A DNA stretch of 62,585 bases, filler included, from Sphacelaria rigidula (taxonomy: Eukaryota): assembly GCA_964200075.2 (NCBI GenBank). It is 9 parts of 9 records of this genome, joined end to end, with 100 filler letters (N's around TTAATTAATTAA, not from the genome) between each part and the next. Parts side by side here need not be neighbours in the genome. Positions count along the whole stretch, not along the records: positions 6,966 to 13,830 come from CAXNAA020017689.1; positions 13,931 to 20,795 come from CAXNAA020017690.1; positions 20,896 to 27,760 come from CAXNAA020017691.1; 6 more parts are not named here. One strand, given 5' to 3'. The translations under genes were made by a program, and so were the position numbers. Shown one piece after another: positions 12,070 to 24,560 of the stretch (positions within the stretch are counted from its first letter, which is position 1; each line of letters begins with the position of its first letter). The notes beneath the pieces were generated by a model. It was not told the DNA's origin. It worked only from the letters and a program-made list of their open reading frames with translations, and searched no databases.

Positions 12070-13300
12070 TTTCGGTCAAATGCCTCCCCGCCCTGCCGGT
12101 AGGTGCTATTTTACCTCAAATGTTCGAGAAGCCAGCATGTCGCCTTTACTTGATTTTAGAGTACTGTAAATGATCATTTTCGTCAAATGCCTTCCCTGTA
12201 GGCAGGTGTCATTTTACTCCAAATGTCTGAGGAATCAGCACTACGCCTTTACTTGGTTTTAGATTATGTCTACACCGGGTCGTTTTACAGTTCTTGATCG
12301 GCATCATTTACGAGTACGTGTACTTCACCGATCCTCTTCTCTCTTCCATTTCACTTGACATTAGTGTGTGTTCTGTTTCTGCTTGGGTTTGGAATACATT
12401 TGCTTGCAGTGCTGTGTGCTTTACGTGGGTGTTACACCTAGAGCGTGTTTTGATCTCGCACGCATGTTTCATCATTTTGTTTTTGCTGTTCCAGTGCTGC
12501 TGCGACTGCTTTTTTTTTAAATGTAATCTTTTGATCGGCGTCTTTTTTCCATTTTTGAAGTTGAACCGGCATTATGTCTGATATGGTGAGCCGTCAGTCA
12601 TATGCAGAAATGTTCAAGCGGGTCGTTTTTAAACTTCTTGACCGGCGTCATTTTCGAGAACATCTACTTCACTGATACTCTTCTCTCTGACATTTCACTG
12701 GACAGTAGGGTGCGCTCCGTTTATCGTTGGGTTTTGGAACAGACATGCTTCCCGCGCTTTGTTCGGGATGGACGTTACACCTCGAGGGTGTTTGGATCTC
12801 GTAGGCCTATCTCTGCCTTTTTTGCTGTTCCAGTTCTGCTGATACCACGCTTTTTTATCGCCATTCCTTGATCGGCATCATTTTTTATTTTGAACTTGAA
12901 TCTTCGTCATGTCTGAAACGATGAGCCGGATCTCTCTTACAGTTTTTGACCGGCATCGCTTTCACTTTTGATATTGAACCGGCATCATGACTGAAGCGGT
13001 CAGCTGGGTCATCGCAGTACCATTCTTTTTTTTTTTTCTTTCCCTCACTCGAGTTGAAGGGTAGTTTGTGGCCCGCTCTCAAAAACTGGTTGCACGTCTC
13101 TGACGTCTGCTGAAGATGCTCTGAGAAACACCAACGCTCAGCATGTCATCTCCCTTCAGCGTTGGCATCATTTTCACTTTCAAGTTCGAATCCGCATCAT
13201 GTGTGAAACAGTCAGTCGGGTCGTTGCAGCATCACTTTTTTGCTCCACTCGTGTCGGAAGGTACTTTGTGGCTCGCTCTAAAAAACCGGATAAGATGCTC
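12070..13300. repeat. Diverged, nested tandem repeat block
   Basis: 12278-12600 is similar to 12620-12930 (about 342-bp period), 12070-12170 to 12178-12265, and 12940-13090 to 13160-13290. The motif TTGAYCGGCRTCATTTT recurs. Confidence 0.7.
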
Positions 13301-15489
13301 CCGTCTCGAGTCTTGGAGTGCTGTACCGCTCTGACATCTGCGGGAAAGGCTCTGAGAAGTAGCGACGGCCAATTTCTTCTAGAATTTCGAATGGGTATCG
13401 TTTGAACAGGTGCTGATCCTCTCTGTTCGTGCTGTGCGCGCGCCTCACACCAAACACTGCTTTTCATTGAGTTCTTGAAAGACCTGTGCAAGGCCACGCA
13501 TAACGTGCCTAGCTGATGAGCAGCTACGGCTTTTTCTTGCAAGCTATACTCATGTGTCATCACGCAACACGAATTACTGTGACCGGTGCTCAAGTATCTT
13601 AGAACTCGATCCACGGAGCGGGGCGGCGGAAGTCGCCGAAACCCTTTCATGTACATATATATATATATGCCTGGATACTGCGGTGGTACAGCTGTGATAT
13701 GGCGGAGAAACGATGTCGTGGGAAAGAACACGGTAGCATGCTGATCACCCCCCCCCCTTCCCCTCCATGGTTAAACCCCAATGAGGCAGTGGAAAAGACG
13801 GGGCGGTCTTTGGAAGTGGGGCAAACCGGCNNNNNNNNNNNNNNNNNNNNNNNNNNNNNNNNNNNNNNNNNNNNTTAATTAATTAANNNNNNNNNNNNNN
13901 NNNNNNNNNNNNNNNNNNNNNNNNNNNNNNACCTTTCTTGGGCAAAAAACGAGAAGGTATACCTTTTCTAGTTCATCGCTCATATATATATATATTGCTG
14001 GCCGCGTGGCAGATCCTATTGTGATCAGCAATATACATTAGTGACCGCAAATCAGAGCCTATTGCAACAAATAGAATGTATCGATAGACAACTCGGCCCC
14101 TCCATTGTCACGGCAATGATACATTCTGTCTCTTGTCTCGACTCTATTGTTGCCTACAATAGCTATCGATAGACTTTGATGCCAGTCAATTATTACTGAC
14201 AGTGAACATTGACAACATACAATTTTTTGGGGCTATTGCAGCGCCAATGGTCTACTACGTAGTCTATTGTCCAGGGTATAAGCACATCTCACCCACACAC
14301 TACTGTAAGCGCTCATGTCCATCAGAGGGACAACCAAAAGTACCAACACCACACCAACAATAAACTTTTGTCCACACAGTTTGCGGATTCCTACAAAATG
14401 TAAGCGTCCCAAAATTGTAGAAACGTGGTGTCATATATTCACAAGTAGTATCATTATGTACCCACTGCATGTCCACCTGCGGCTTCCCTACCGTACCTTA
14501 ACGAAGTATAATATGCTCTATACGTAGTATGTTGCGATGTAGGTGTGGCAATAGACGACAGAGAAAATCTATCGGTAGGCATTATATACCACAGTAGATT
14601 CTGGTATGTATCTATCGATCTTCATTGCCGCCATGCATAGATTTATACGCAACATATCAGTAGCTATAGCCGTCATCAATAGTTTTGGAAAGCTATCGAT
14701 CGATGTATTTGGTCAACCGCGATAGATATCGGTGTAGGGCCACAGCAGACTGCTGCCCAGAGAAGAGTGTGGGAAATTGGTCCATCGATAGACATTGCCA
14801 ACGACAATAGAAAGATGAACTTGACGATCGATGGCCATTACGGACGACAACATTGGCATCTACTGCAGTAGATTCTACTGCTATCGCAATAGATGCCGTC
14901 TATTATCCAGGGTGTGGGAGTTATTCACGACTCTGTTCCGGAAAAACTGTTCTGAAATGTTTGGTCGCCGATAACTCACGGAAAAAAAAAAAATGTACAG
15001 GGCAAATGAGGGTGTCCGCGCACATACATCCTGTATATCGTCTCAAAATTTGATAGAAAACGACCTGAAATTAACCTGCTAAAGTTCGTGTTCCTGTCCA
15101 AGACTGGTTCCTATGCGGAGAATTGCCAGCCACAAAAAAATGAAACGCGGTTATGCTGTTCAATTCAAAGTATTTTTTCACGAAACTCCGACACGATGCC
15201 CATGAGGTGTATTGTGAAGTCCCTTTTGTCCCCCCTTGACATTTTTTTTTTTTTAATGAGCTGTCGACGCTTTTGCACCAGGAAAATTGTTCCGAAATTT
15301 ATATCACCAATAACATCCGAGGAAAAAAAGAAGAGGGGTAAACGGCAGGGGCTCCACATATACCCCATGTATATAGAGCTTACGTCTGTGACCACGGGTT
15401 CGCGAGATCGGACTAATGTGCGGAATTAATAATAAAAATATCGTGTCAAAATTTCATGGAAAACAACTTTAAATTGAACAGTGAAATCA

Positions 15490-15660
15490 CTTTTTTCTGT
15501 CGAGGACCGGTTCACTTCCTTCTAGAGTGCAATAACCTCAGCCGGGACTTTGACGTTTTCTAAAAGCGCGACGCCTTGGCGCGAGGTCTCGTCTGCGTGC
15601 CATCTCAGACACTGCGCGCCTACAGTACGATATGCATTGTTGTACAACCAAAACTACTGC
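15490..15660 (+). repeat. Dispersed repeat shared with 48958-49152
   Basis: Shared ACCTCAG.CGG.ACTTTGACGTT, GACGCCTTGGCGCG, GTGCCATCT.AGACACTGCGCGCCTACA and TTGTTGTACAACCA. 15020-15075 also matches 48892-48946. Confidence 0.75.
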
Positions 15661-18328
15661 AGCACCATCGCTTTGCGGCCGCGGCACAACCGATTGTAAC
15701 CGAAATGCGATTTCAGCCGTTTTTCCCCTTAGTTCCGCCGCACATGCCAGTCTCAACTCTCTACACTTCGCAGCTGACTACAGATTGCTATTTCGTTTGA
15801 TGGGAGCTCGTCAGATCACAGAGCTACGTGAAGTGAAAGACGCGCGTTGATTTACAGATCATCACGATGTGTCATAGTAGGCACAACTCGCGATAGATCG
15901 TCACTTAGAACCGGCTGAAGGAAGTCCGCTTCTTAGGTGGCCCAGCCTGTAGCGTATACCCAATATTTTGGTACTTTGAGAAGTCGCACATCACCTGTCG
16001 AAGTCAGTCACAATGACTTGTATGGGCTTTCAGAGAGTGGAACAACAGCGCTGGGCTGACTGCTGCGCCATGTTAAATACCAAAATATCGGGAATACCCC
16101 TACCGTTTGGCCGCCGGAGATGTCCATGCGATGTTTCGGCATCATTTTCAGTCATTTTCCGAGGGAAAATGGCGCCGATTTAACAATTGGACACCCTCGA
16201 CGTTCCAGTTTAAACGATGCAATCAACTGGTCCACTCCACAGCCCTATGATAGAAATACTGCAAGGGTGTGTTGGGTAGGGTATTGGTTAACTATATTTG
16301 GTATTTTGAAAAACTTCAAAACTTGGGTAGAGTACGGATATCGCAATATATATATTTTTATTTACTCAACAATAACCAGATATTGGGTTGTATCCAGTCC
16401 AACTTTTGCATCGTATCACCGTCTGAATAAGAACATTCGACTATGCTGTTGACAAAACAACGGAAACGCATTCACTTTGCTCTAAGAACTGCTGCTGCCT
16501 GTTGTCGTATCGATTGTTTCTCCTTCCGGCCCGTCAACGTTCTCGGGACGGAACCGTCATCTCGAGGGGTCAACCCATCTCTACCCCGGGTACGGTTGTA
16601 CCGACCGCAAAATAGTGAATCGTACAAAACGTAGCAAAGAACAGAGGACACTCAGAACTTGAGGAAGCATAACGACTGCATAATTGTTGGCACAGTCGGA
16701 ACGTAACGGTCAGCAGCCAGGACTTGTGGCGGGGCAGGGTCTCTACGGTACAACTGGATAGTACCCGGAAAATGCATGACCGATCTTGCCTGGCGACCTC
16801 CCCTGTGACCCGTTGTTCGTTCTCACCCAAAGTTTGTCACCTACTGACTGTTACTGTTGAGGAACATGGTTGTCCACGGCCCTGTGTCAACACGAATCTT
16901 GGGGCAAAGTACAAAAGTGCAATATTGTGCATTTCGCAAAATATCAAATCTACTGGCGTACGCCTGGGACTCGAATGGTGATGGGAAAGACAGAGTCAAC
17001 AGCACCGCACAGAGAGCACTCTATAGAACACTACTGCAGCAGCATCAGTCAAAACTCGTTTGTCAAGGCCACTGCTTTGAGAACATTGCTCTGCTGCCAT
17101 GAAGGTGACATAAACTGATACTCTGCGGCCGACCGGTTATTGTTCCGAACTTTGACATGACGTGAAATTCTTGAAAAAAATGTACATGCGGAGGGTACCG
17201 AACGGTAGGTACTTCGGGGGCCGGGGTACGTACGATGTGGACTGATTCTGAAGGGATCGACAAGCGCCGTGGTCAATCTTGCCTTCGCAATTTAGGCATA
17301 AGTGCAGTAGTGCAGTATCATCGTCCGCTGGCTGAGAGGACTAACATAATTACAACACAATGAGCAACTGCCAAAATAGGCTGCGGTTCTACTACAGTCG
17401 GTATCGTTTGCTATCGATTGGGGTGGAGTGAGAACGAAAATTTGACATGCATGAGTGATCCAAGATGCGCTACTACCGTGTGTTATGTACTGCTCTACAC
17501 TGTACTGTAGTGATGCACTGTACCTCACGAAGATATGTTCCTATCGCTGCTGCGGGAGCTAATTGCACTTGAGGTGGTATCCGCCACCCTGGCCGAGCTC
17601 CTCGTCCGCACACACACTACGCTGCTAAAACATCGGCACAACTATGCAACTATGTTTTGCCGATCGTTGACTCGTGCAATATTTTGTACTCCCACATTCG
17701 CCTGGATCGCTAAGACCCACGACTGACCAAAGCGAAGTGCCGTTTCACCCTTACCTTTTGGCAAGGGCAAAAGGCCCGAAATAAACTGTTCAGATTATAC
17801 GCGCTATTCATCATGTGAGACATGACCGTTAGATTCCTCGAAAAATGCAATAATAAGCCAAATCATATATGCAAGGGATGTATATGAATACCATGGAAAA
17901 CGACCAAGGTCCGAGGAGGCTGGAGAAGAAAATGACGAAGGAAGTGGGGGTCCACCATATGACAGCTTGCTCTGTATTCTGTACAACGCGGCGTGGTCCG
18001 AACCGAGCTCACGCCGATATCGTGCTCGAATTGCGAGCTCAGGAGCGGCGATCGGCATCTTGTGCACCTGTGTGTGTGTACAATTCTTCATAAAGGGATC
18101 ATTAGCATCTACAACAGTGAAAACAGCCCAACAGCACCGACTAGTCTGCTAGGCGACGTCGCATGATCCGGTGATTCGTCGACGCACCGATAGACAGCAG
18201 TAGTAATAGTACTTCCCGTTGTAGTGCTGACGAGAGCACGGTACGCCTGAGCACCCGCCAGTAGCTGGAGCAACCAGAGCTCACACCAACTGAACTGCCT
18301 ACTGAAGTATAGGTCGTGAGCTTACATA

Positions 18329-18595
18329 ATGAAGGTTCCAGCACTGCGACCATGCGGGTGGGAACGGAGGCGCGCGGTCCCAATTACATCAGCACCAGCA
18401 CCAGCAGCACCAGCAGCTTGGAGACATCGTAATGGCTCCTGCAGGAGAGGGAGAAGGCTTCATAGCATGATGATGGGCGTGTGGGTGGTGATGGCGTTGA
18501 CGGCACGGGTGGCGAGGGCGGGATGGATAGATCCTGATACCAAAAAAGAGCATATGACTTTAGTCTCGCTGGAAGATGGCCGGGAGTTCGAGCTG
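18329..18595 (+). CDS. KRE6: First exon of KRE6/SKN1-family beta-glucan synthesis-associated protein (GH16-like)
   Basis: A hydrophobic signal/anchor segment (MMMGVWVVMALTARVARA) is followed by GWIDPDT...SLEDGREFEL and a donor CTG|gtgggt. This matches the W/LIDPDT...G..YELVFSDEF N-terminal motif of KRE6/SKN1 proteins. The start could instead be the ATG near 18467. No downstream exons were recognised in this piece. Confidence 0.75.
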
Positions 18596-20740
18596 GTGGG
18601 TACTTCTCGTCGTTGCTAACTATTGTAATGTTGTCCCCCGCTCGATGGCCTTGCTGTTTTCATGACGATCCTAGTGCTCGGGTACGCAAATCTTGAGCCG
18701 CTCTTCTGCTTCACACAATACAATGAGCGCGCATGCCTAAATATGATGATACCTCGTGTCGGCATCTTCGTCTCATCGTACAGAATCTTATCGCCCTCCC
18801 TCTCTCGCGCGTGCACATGCAGTCACACACACCCTATGACATGTGCTTTTTTGTACCAAGAGAGTGAACGACCAGATTATATCCCCCAAAATTTCTCGTC
18901 TGAGCATTTTTCTCGCATGTGGTACTACAGATGTAGAGGCAGCCCCACAAGTTTGAAACCTCACTTGGGGGGATGCTCGAGTTCTTGTTTTCTCTGTGGG
19001 TTATTGTATCAACTGCCACTGCGTAGGTTTCAGTGTGCGGTTATTATTCAGTCATCACAATTTGTGCTCAAGGCATTATATTTTGAAAACTTGGAGGCTC
19101 ACCGTGTTGACTGCCAACTTCTTCCAAGATCCGTTGACCGCCGAGGTAGGTGGGTCACCTTGGTCAAGCAGTACTTTTTCAAGGAAAAGTGATGCCGACT
19201 CAACAGATGACTTACCCTGGCGGTTGAAGGGTCAAGTGATGGTGTTCCCTGTGATGAATGTGATATCGTTCATGTTATGGGCACTTCGGTCGGGGAAGGC
19301 TTGTATTGTTCACGAACGTGTGATGGTCAGCTGTACCAACTTCTCAAGGATGGCGAAGCCTCGAATTCTCAGCCCAGTACAGAACAAGACAGTGATGACG
19401 GGCACATGGTACATTCTATACCATGCGCATGTGAGCGACTCTCAACGTCCATCACCGACAACGCGAGCTACGCCCGTGCCTCTTGCTTCCTGTGCGTTTA
19501 TCGTCTGCTTCCGATGCTTGGCAAATATTTTCAAATCGGTCCGGAATAACCTATCATGACCTCGACCACCGACAGAATCATCACCCCCCGCACATACATA
19601 CACACAAGCCCTCAGCTTTGATTACTACATGTTCTTATATCTGACACACCAACGACTTTCAAGCCAAGAAGACGGCCCGATTCGTCTTGGAGAACTTTTG
19701 TCATTGTCCATCCCTGTCCGTTTAATTTTATACCTCCTACTGCGTAGGCAGGGCAGCTGACCTACTACTCTCAGTTTCAGCACACACGTCCTGTCTTTCA
19801 TCGAGACATTCTCCAACTCCTCCCCACAAGACGGATTACACGTCCCGTGAATCCCCATAGTGAGAAAAGCTATTTTGCTCGAACACCCACAGTCTGGGTA
19901 CGGTAGTGTGAACCTGCCGTCCGTGGGCCGTGGTCCCTCACATTGGCGCCGATATTTTTAATCGCGTTACTTCACCCTTTCACCACCCGAGCGGATCGTC
20001 TTGGTGACACATCCTTTCTGGGGTGGAAGTGTTGCCGATTCAACAGATGGCCTACCCTGGTGGTCGAAGAATTTGGCGAGATTCTTGTGCGTGGTGCGGT
20101 TCTGGTTTTTACACTTACTCCACCTGCTGATTCCGGTGCCGTGCAGCTCGCTGCAGCCATACTGTACCATCTGTGCTACGCTGTGGTTAGGTCGCGTTCT
20201 CCTACTCCTGTTTTATGTCTTACGTGTTTCAGTGTATTGGACAAGGGGCCCTACACACTGCGGCGGGTCCCCTTTATGGGACAAGTAGAAGACACGACCA
20301 CCCCCCTCCCCTACTATACTATGAAGCCTACTCATTGGAGGCTGTCATCCAAATGCAAGATAATCAGTAGGCTCCGGGCCGAACAATCTTAGCAGGATGC
20401 AGCTCACCTTTCATTCCACTTGCCGAACACATGACGGCACTTCGCGCTTGGCGATTGATTGCGAGCCTGGCCCGGCGAACACCCTGCGTGCTCTGTCTCG
20501 GCTTTGTAGGGATGCGGGATCAAATGTCATCAGACTACGGTATGCAAAATCACGAGTACGCCCCCCTCCTTGGAGGTTCTCGACAACTAGGAAACAAAAT
20601 TAAAAAGTCTGACAAAAATATTGCTTGTACAGAACTCATGTTCACCATTGTCCATGGCTATGATATCTCGGGAGAATGCCTTCCCTTGTTTCCCCTCTCG
20701 AATTGTGCCTACCCCCCCCCCCCCCCCCCCCCCCCCCTCC

Positions 20741-20778
<38 letters not shown>

Positions 20779-21207
20779 CTGGGGGGGCCGATGGGNNNNN
20801 NNNNNNNNNNNNNNNNNNNNNNNNNNNNNNNNNNNNNNNTTAATTAATTAANNNNNNNNNNNNNNNNNNNNNNNNNNNNNNNNNNNNNNNNNNNNGAATT
20901 GCTTTATTCTGTGTTATCGCCACTTGCAGAGACAGCCACGGCTTATACACTGCCGCACGGGTGTCTAACCGGAAGGGAGGGGGGGGATATACGGATTGTT
21001 GTGGCGGTTGTAGACGTAGAATATCAACACGTTTGGTGTTTCAGAGTAGTGTACAGCTGATGCTATGTTTTGCAGAGGATTACTCCGTGGTTTAGTACGC
21101 CCACCGCTGAGTATGTGACTCCGTGAAAAAGAATCTGCAGCGCCTGCTGATGCGTCTGTCCTTGTCGCATATTCTCGGCCTATTCATACCCGTATCTGCC
21201 CAACCAG

Positions 21208-24200
21208 GTTTCCGCACTGCCACGCACCCTCTGGGCAAAAATATGAGGTGCACCCCTGCACCGCCGTGCCGGAGTCGGACAAGTCCATCACCATTGCCTG
21301 CCAAGAGGAGAAGGTGAAAGTTCGATAACTGTACTTTTTTTTTCGCTGTACTCCAGCACGTTTTTGTGCATTCTATTGCTTAGGTTTACAGTACGCTGTG
21401 TGGAGTGTACAGGCTCTTCTGTATATATCATTATGCTGCGTCTTTGCCGTTTTCTCATATCATTTTTCGAGGGAAAACGATTGCAGGTTCACTGGCTTTT
21501 TGTTTTTTTTTCTTGTCGAATTAGATATTGCCAAATAACATGGCGCATTTCTCTTCGAGTATTTTCGCGGATTATTATATTTTTCATCCTGTGTATGGAC
21601 ATGTGCACGGACAAGTGTGAAGCATGCGTGTGAAATCGTACACAATTTTTCTGTGTCACTGTTGTCCTTCAGCGCTCGTGTCAATCGGTCCTATCCGCAC
21701 ATCTCCCATCTGCAGTAACAAAGAAAAACTGTGATCACCCTCCGTGTCGAGGTACATGGGTCGCGGTCCTTTCCGCAGACGCACACTTACATGTTTTCTT
21801 CTTGTATACTTCCCCGCCCTTCCATCGTCATTTTCCAGGTAAATGGATCCTACGTTTGCTACTACCAGCAGCCGGGTGCTTTTGCCCCTCTATCCATGAC
21901 CTGCTCCGTTGGATCATGCCTCTACGAGGTGGGTGCAATATGCGATCATGGCACCCCCCTGCCCGGCAAAACTGCTCTCCCCCACGGGCAATTTTTTATT
22001 CCAACGGCTCAGTTTTTCGGTGTTAGCTTGTCGTCGGTGTGTGTCTTTTCCGGCGCCGTTCATGGTGTCGTGGGCTCTACTGCTCTCTATGTGCGTGTGT
22101 GTCTGGTGCCTGTTACTGATATGGTTGATTGGTTGATTGATTGTCGCACTTCACCTGACCCCCCAGCGATCCAGCCATGATCACATGATGAACGTACCCA
22201 AGACAAAAACTAAACTGAAACACTCGCTGAAGAGCAAAAAGAAGGAACAGATAAAGTGGAACAGAAAACGGCATAGTAGACAGACTGTGTGTCTCTGTAT
22301 GAGCTTCGCTCTGTTCCTGTGGCGTGGTCAAAGTTTGCTTCAGCCTCGTCCGCGTCTGACGGGTCCTTTGACACATGTCCTGAGTCCGAAATGCATTGTC
22401 GCGATACCGGTTATATGTACGATCATCATCTACCAGGGTGGTGCGCCGGTGCAACCTTCGGGGTCGCGGGCAAAGCGCGTTGCGTGGACCATCGGAGCCC
22501 AGGTATGCAATGGAAGAAGCATACACAGCTACCACCTCTGTGGGGAATTGTCGTTGTGGATACATGGTACGCACATATTTTGGTAGGTATGGGCAAAATA
22601 CCTCCTATACGGTATAAGAAGGTAACATGTATGTACATGCCCATGCATCCACGGATTGATCGATTGTAGCACGTCCGCTTATCCGCTACGAGTCATCATC
22701 CAGACGCGTTTACAAGGTGGACGTGATGCGTGTTTTTTTACCGTAATGACATTTCGGGTAGGCTAGAGAGAGTTGCAGTTGCATTACCGGAACAGATTTA
22801 GAAATGTCAGCAGTTACGGCACTGAAACCTTCAACTCTCACAATTGTTTGCATGCTTGTACTCGATGCCGTGCTTTCCCCTCTTCCCAGCAACCTCTTTC
22901 GGCCCAGTCTTTCCACAGCAGCTGTATCTTATGAAGCATGATTTTTTACAGGATTTATTTCTTCTCGTCGTCGTTTTTTTTTTTCCCCATCCCCTCGCCT
23001 CCCCTCCCACGTCCTCGTTGCGCCTGTGGGTATCAGATGGCGATACTTGTCTCCCTTGCCGGAATCCTGCTCATGTGCTTCTTACTCTTCGCTGCTGCGT
23101 CCGACCCGGGTTCGGCTGCCGCTGCATCGTCCTTCATGGGGGGCAAATCCAAAACACGGCTCGCCGCAGCAACAGCAACAACCCGTATCAACAACCCTCC
23201 ACCGCCCTCCAAGCCTAGCAGAGGCGCCTGCGGTGCGGGCGAGATGAGCGTTGGCAATGCTCCTGGCGACGTTGGTGACCAAGACCTGACGGAACCATTG
23301 CTCACTCGTGACGATCACTCTGCGGAACGTTTTGTTGACCGCACCCCAACTCCCGCGAAGTGGACAGCGTTGAGCGGGGACGTACCTCGAGGCGCTTCAG
23401 TGACGAGTGCGCAGCAACTACAGCCGCGGCATGGTCGTCATGGTGGCATTGCGGTGGTAGCCCACTCCGATAGTTCGGGGCGGGTTTGTAGCGACGCGAG
23501 CGTCCACACGATAGGCTTGGACGGAGGGAACGGAGAGGAAGGGGAAGGGTTAGCGCAGCAGCAGCAGCAGCGCGTGCCCATCCTCCCGAAACGCCCCGCG
23601 GTCCTCCGGTGGAGTAAGCTGAGCTACTACGTTGACGCGCCTGGCCACAGTGAAACACTCGCGGAAATGACAGTTCTCAAGGGAGTTTCCGGGTTTGCGG
23701 GCCCGGAGCCCGCCGCAGCCGACGAGCCCGACCGCAACGCCCCGTCGTCCAATCAGGATGGTGCGAGCAACGTCCAAGTGAACCAGACGGGCAGCGTCCA
23801 AGGGAACAGTCCTGGAAATGATTCAGGGAATGGTTCGGGCCCTAGTGCTTGCAGTAGTAACATCGGCATTGCGTGTTCTTCCCCCGATCTACCAAGCACA
23901 ATGACAGGAATTCTCGGCCCGTCTGGGGCCGGAAAATCGTCGCTGCTTGATCTTTTGGCCGGCCGTAAACGGAAAGGCGAGGGCAGAACATCCGGTTGGC
24001 TATCACTAGCGCTTGGTGGTAGCGGCCGAGCAAGGGGGGGAGATGGAGGAGGCTCGGCGGCTGTCGGAGCGGAAGCAGTACGCCGAGTGGCTGGGTACGT
24101 GCCGCAAGAGGACGTGCTGCCGGGGACCCTGTCGTGCTATGAGCATCTCATGTTTCACGCCAGGCTCCGCATGCCGTCGGGGGCGAGCTATGAGGAGCGC

Positions 24201-24529
24201 AGGACTCGGGTATTGTGGGTGATCGAGGAGCTGGGCCTGTCGCGCGTTGCGGACTCGCGGATCGGGGATGAGCTTGCCAGGGGGCTGTCCGGCGGGGAAA
24301 GGCGGAGGTTGTCGATCGCTGCCGAGCTGGTTGCGCGGCCGGCGTTGCTATTTTTGGATGAGCCGACCACCGGACTAGGTAAAGAAAAAAAAGGTTTCTA
24401 TTGTTGTGATGTGTTCGTTTCTAGTGGGCGAGGGGGGGGGGTTGAGTTCGTGTGCCTGGGAACTTAGGGTGGGAGTATTTTTGTCCTGTGATCAAGGTGA
24501 ATGTTTCATAGTTTTGTTGCCGTTTGTGT

Positions 24530-24560
<31 letters not shown>

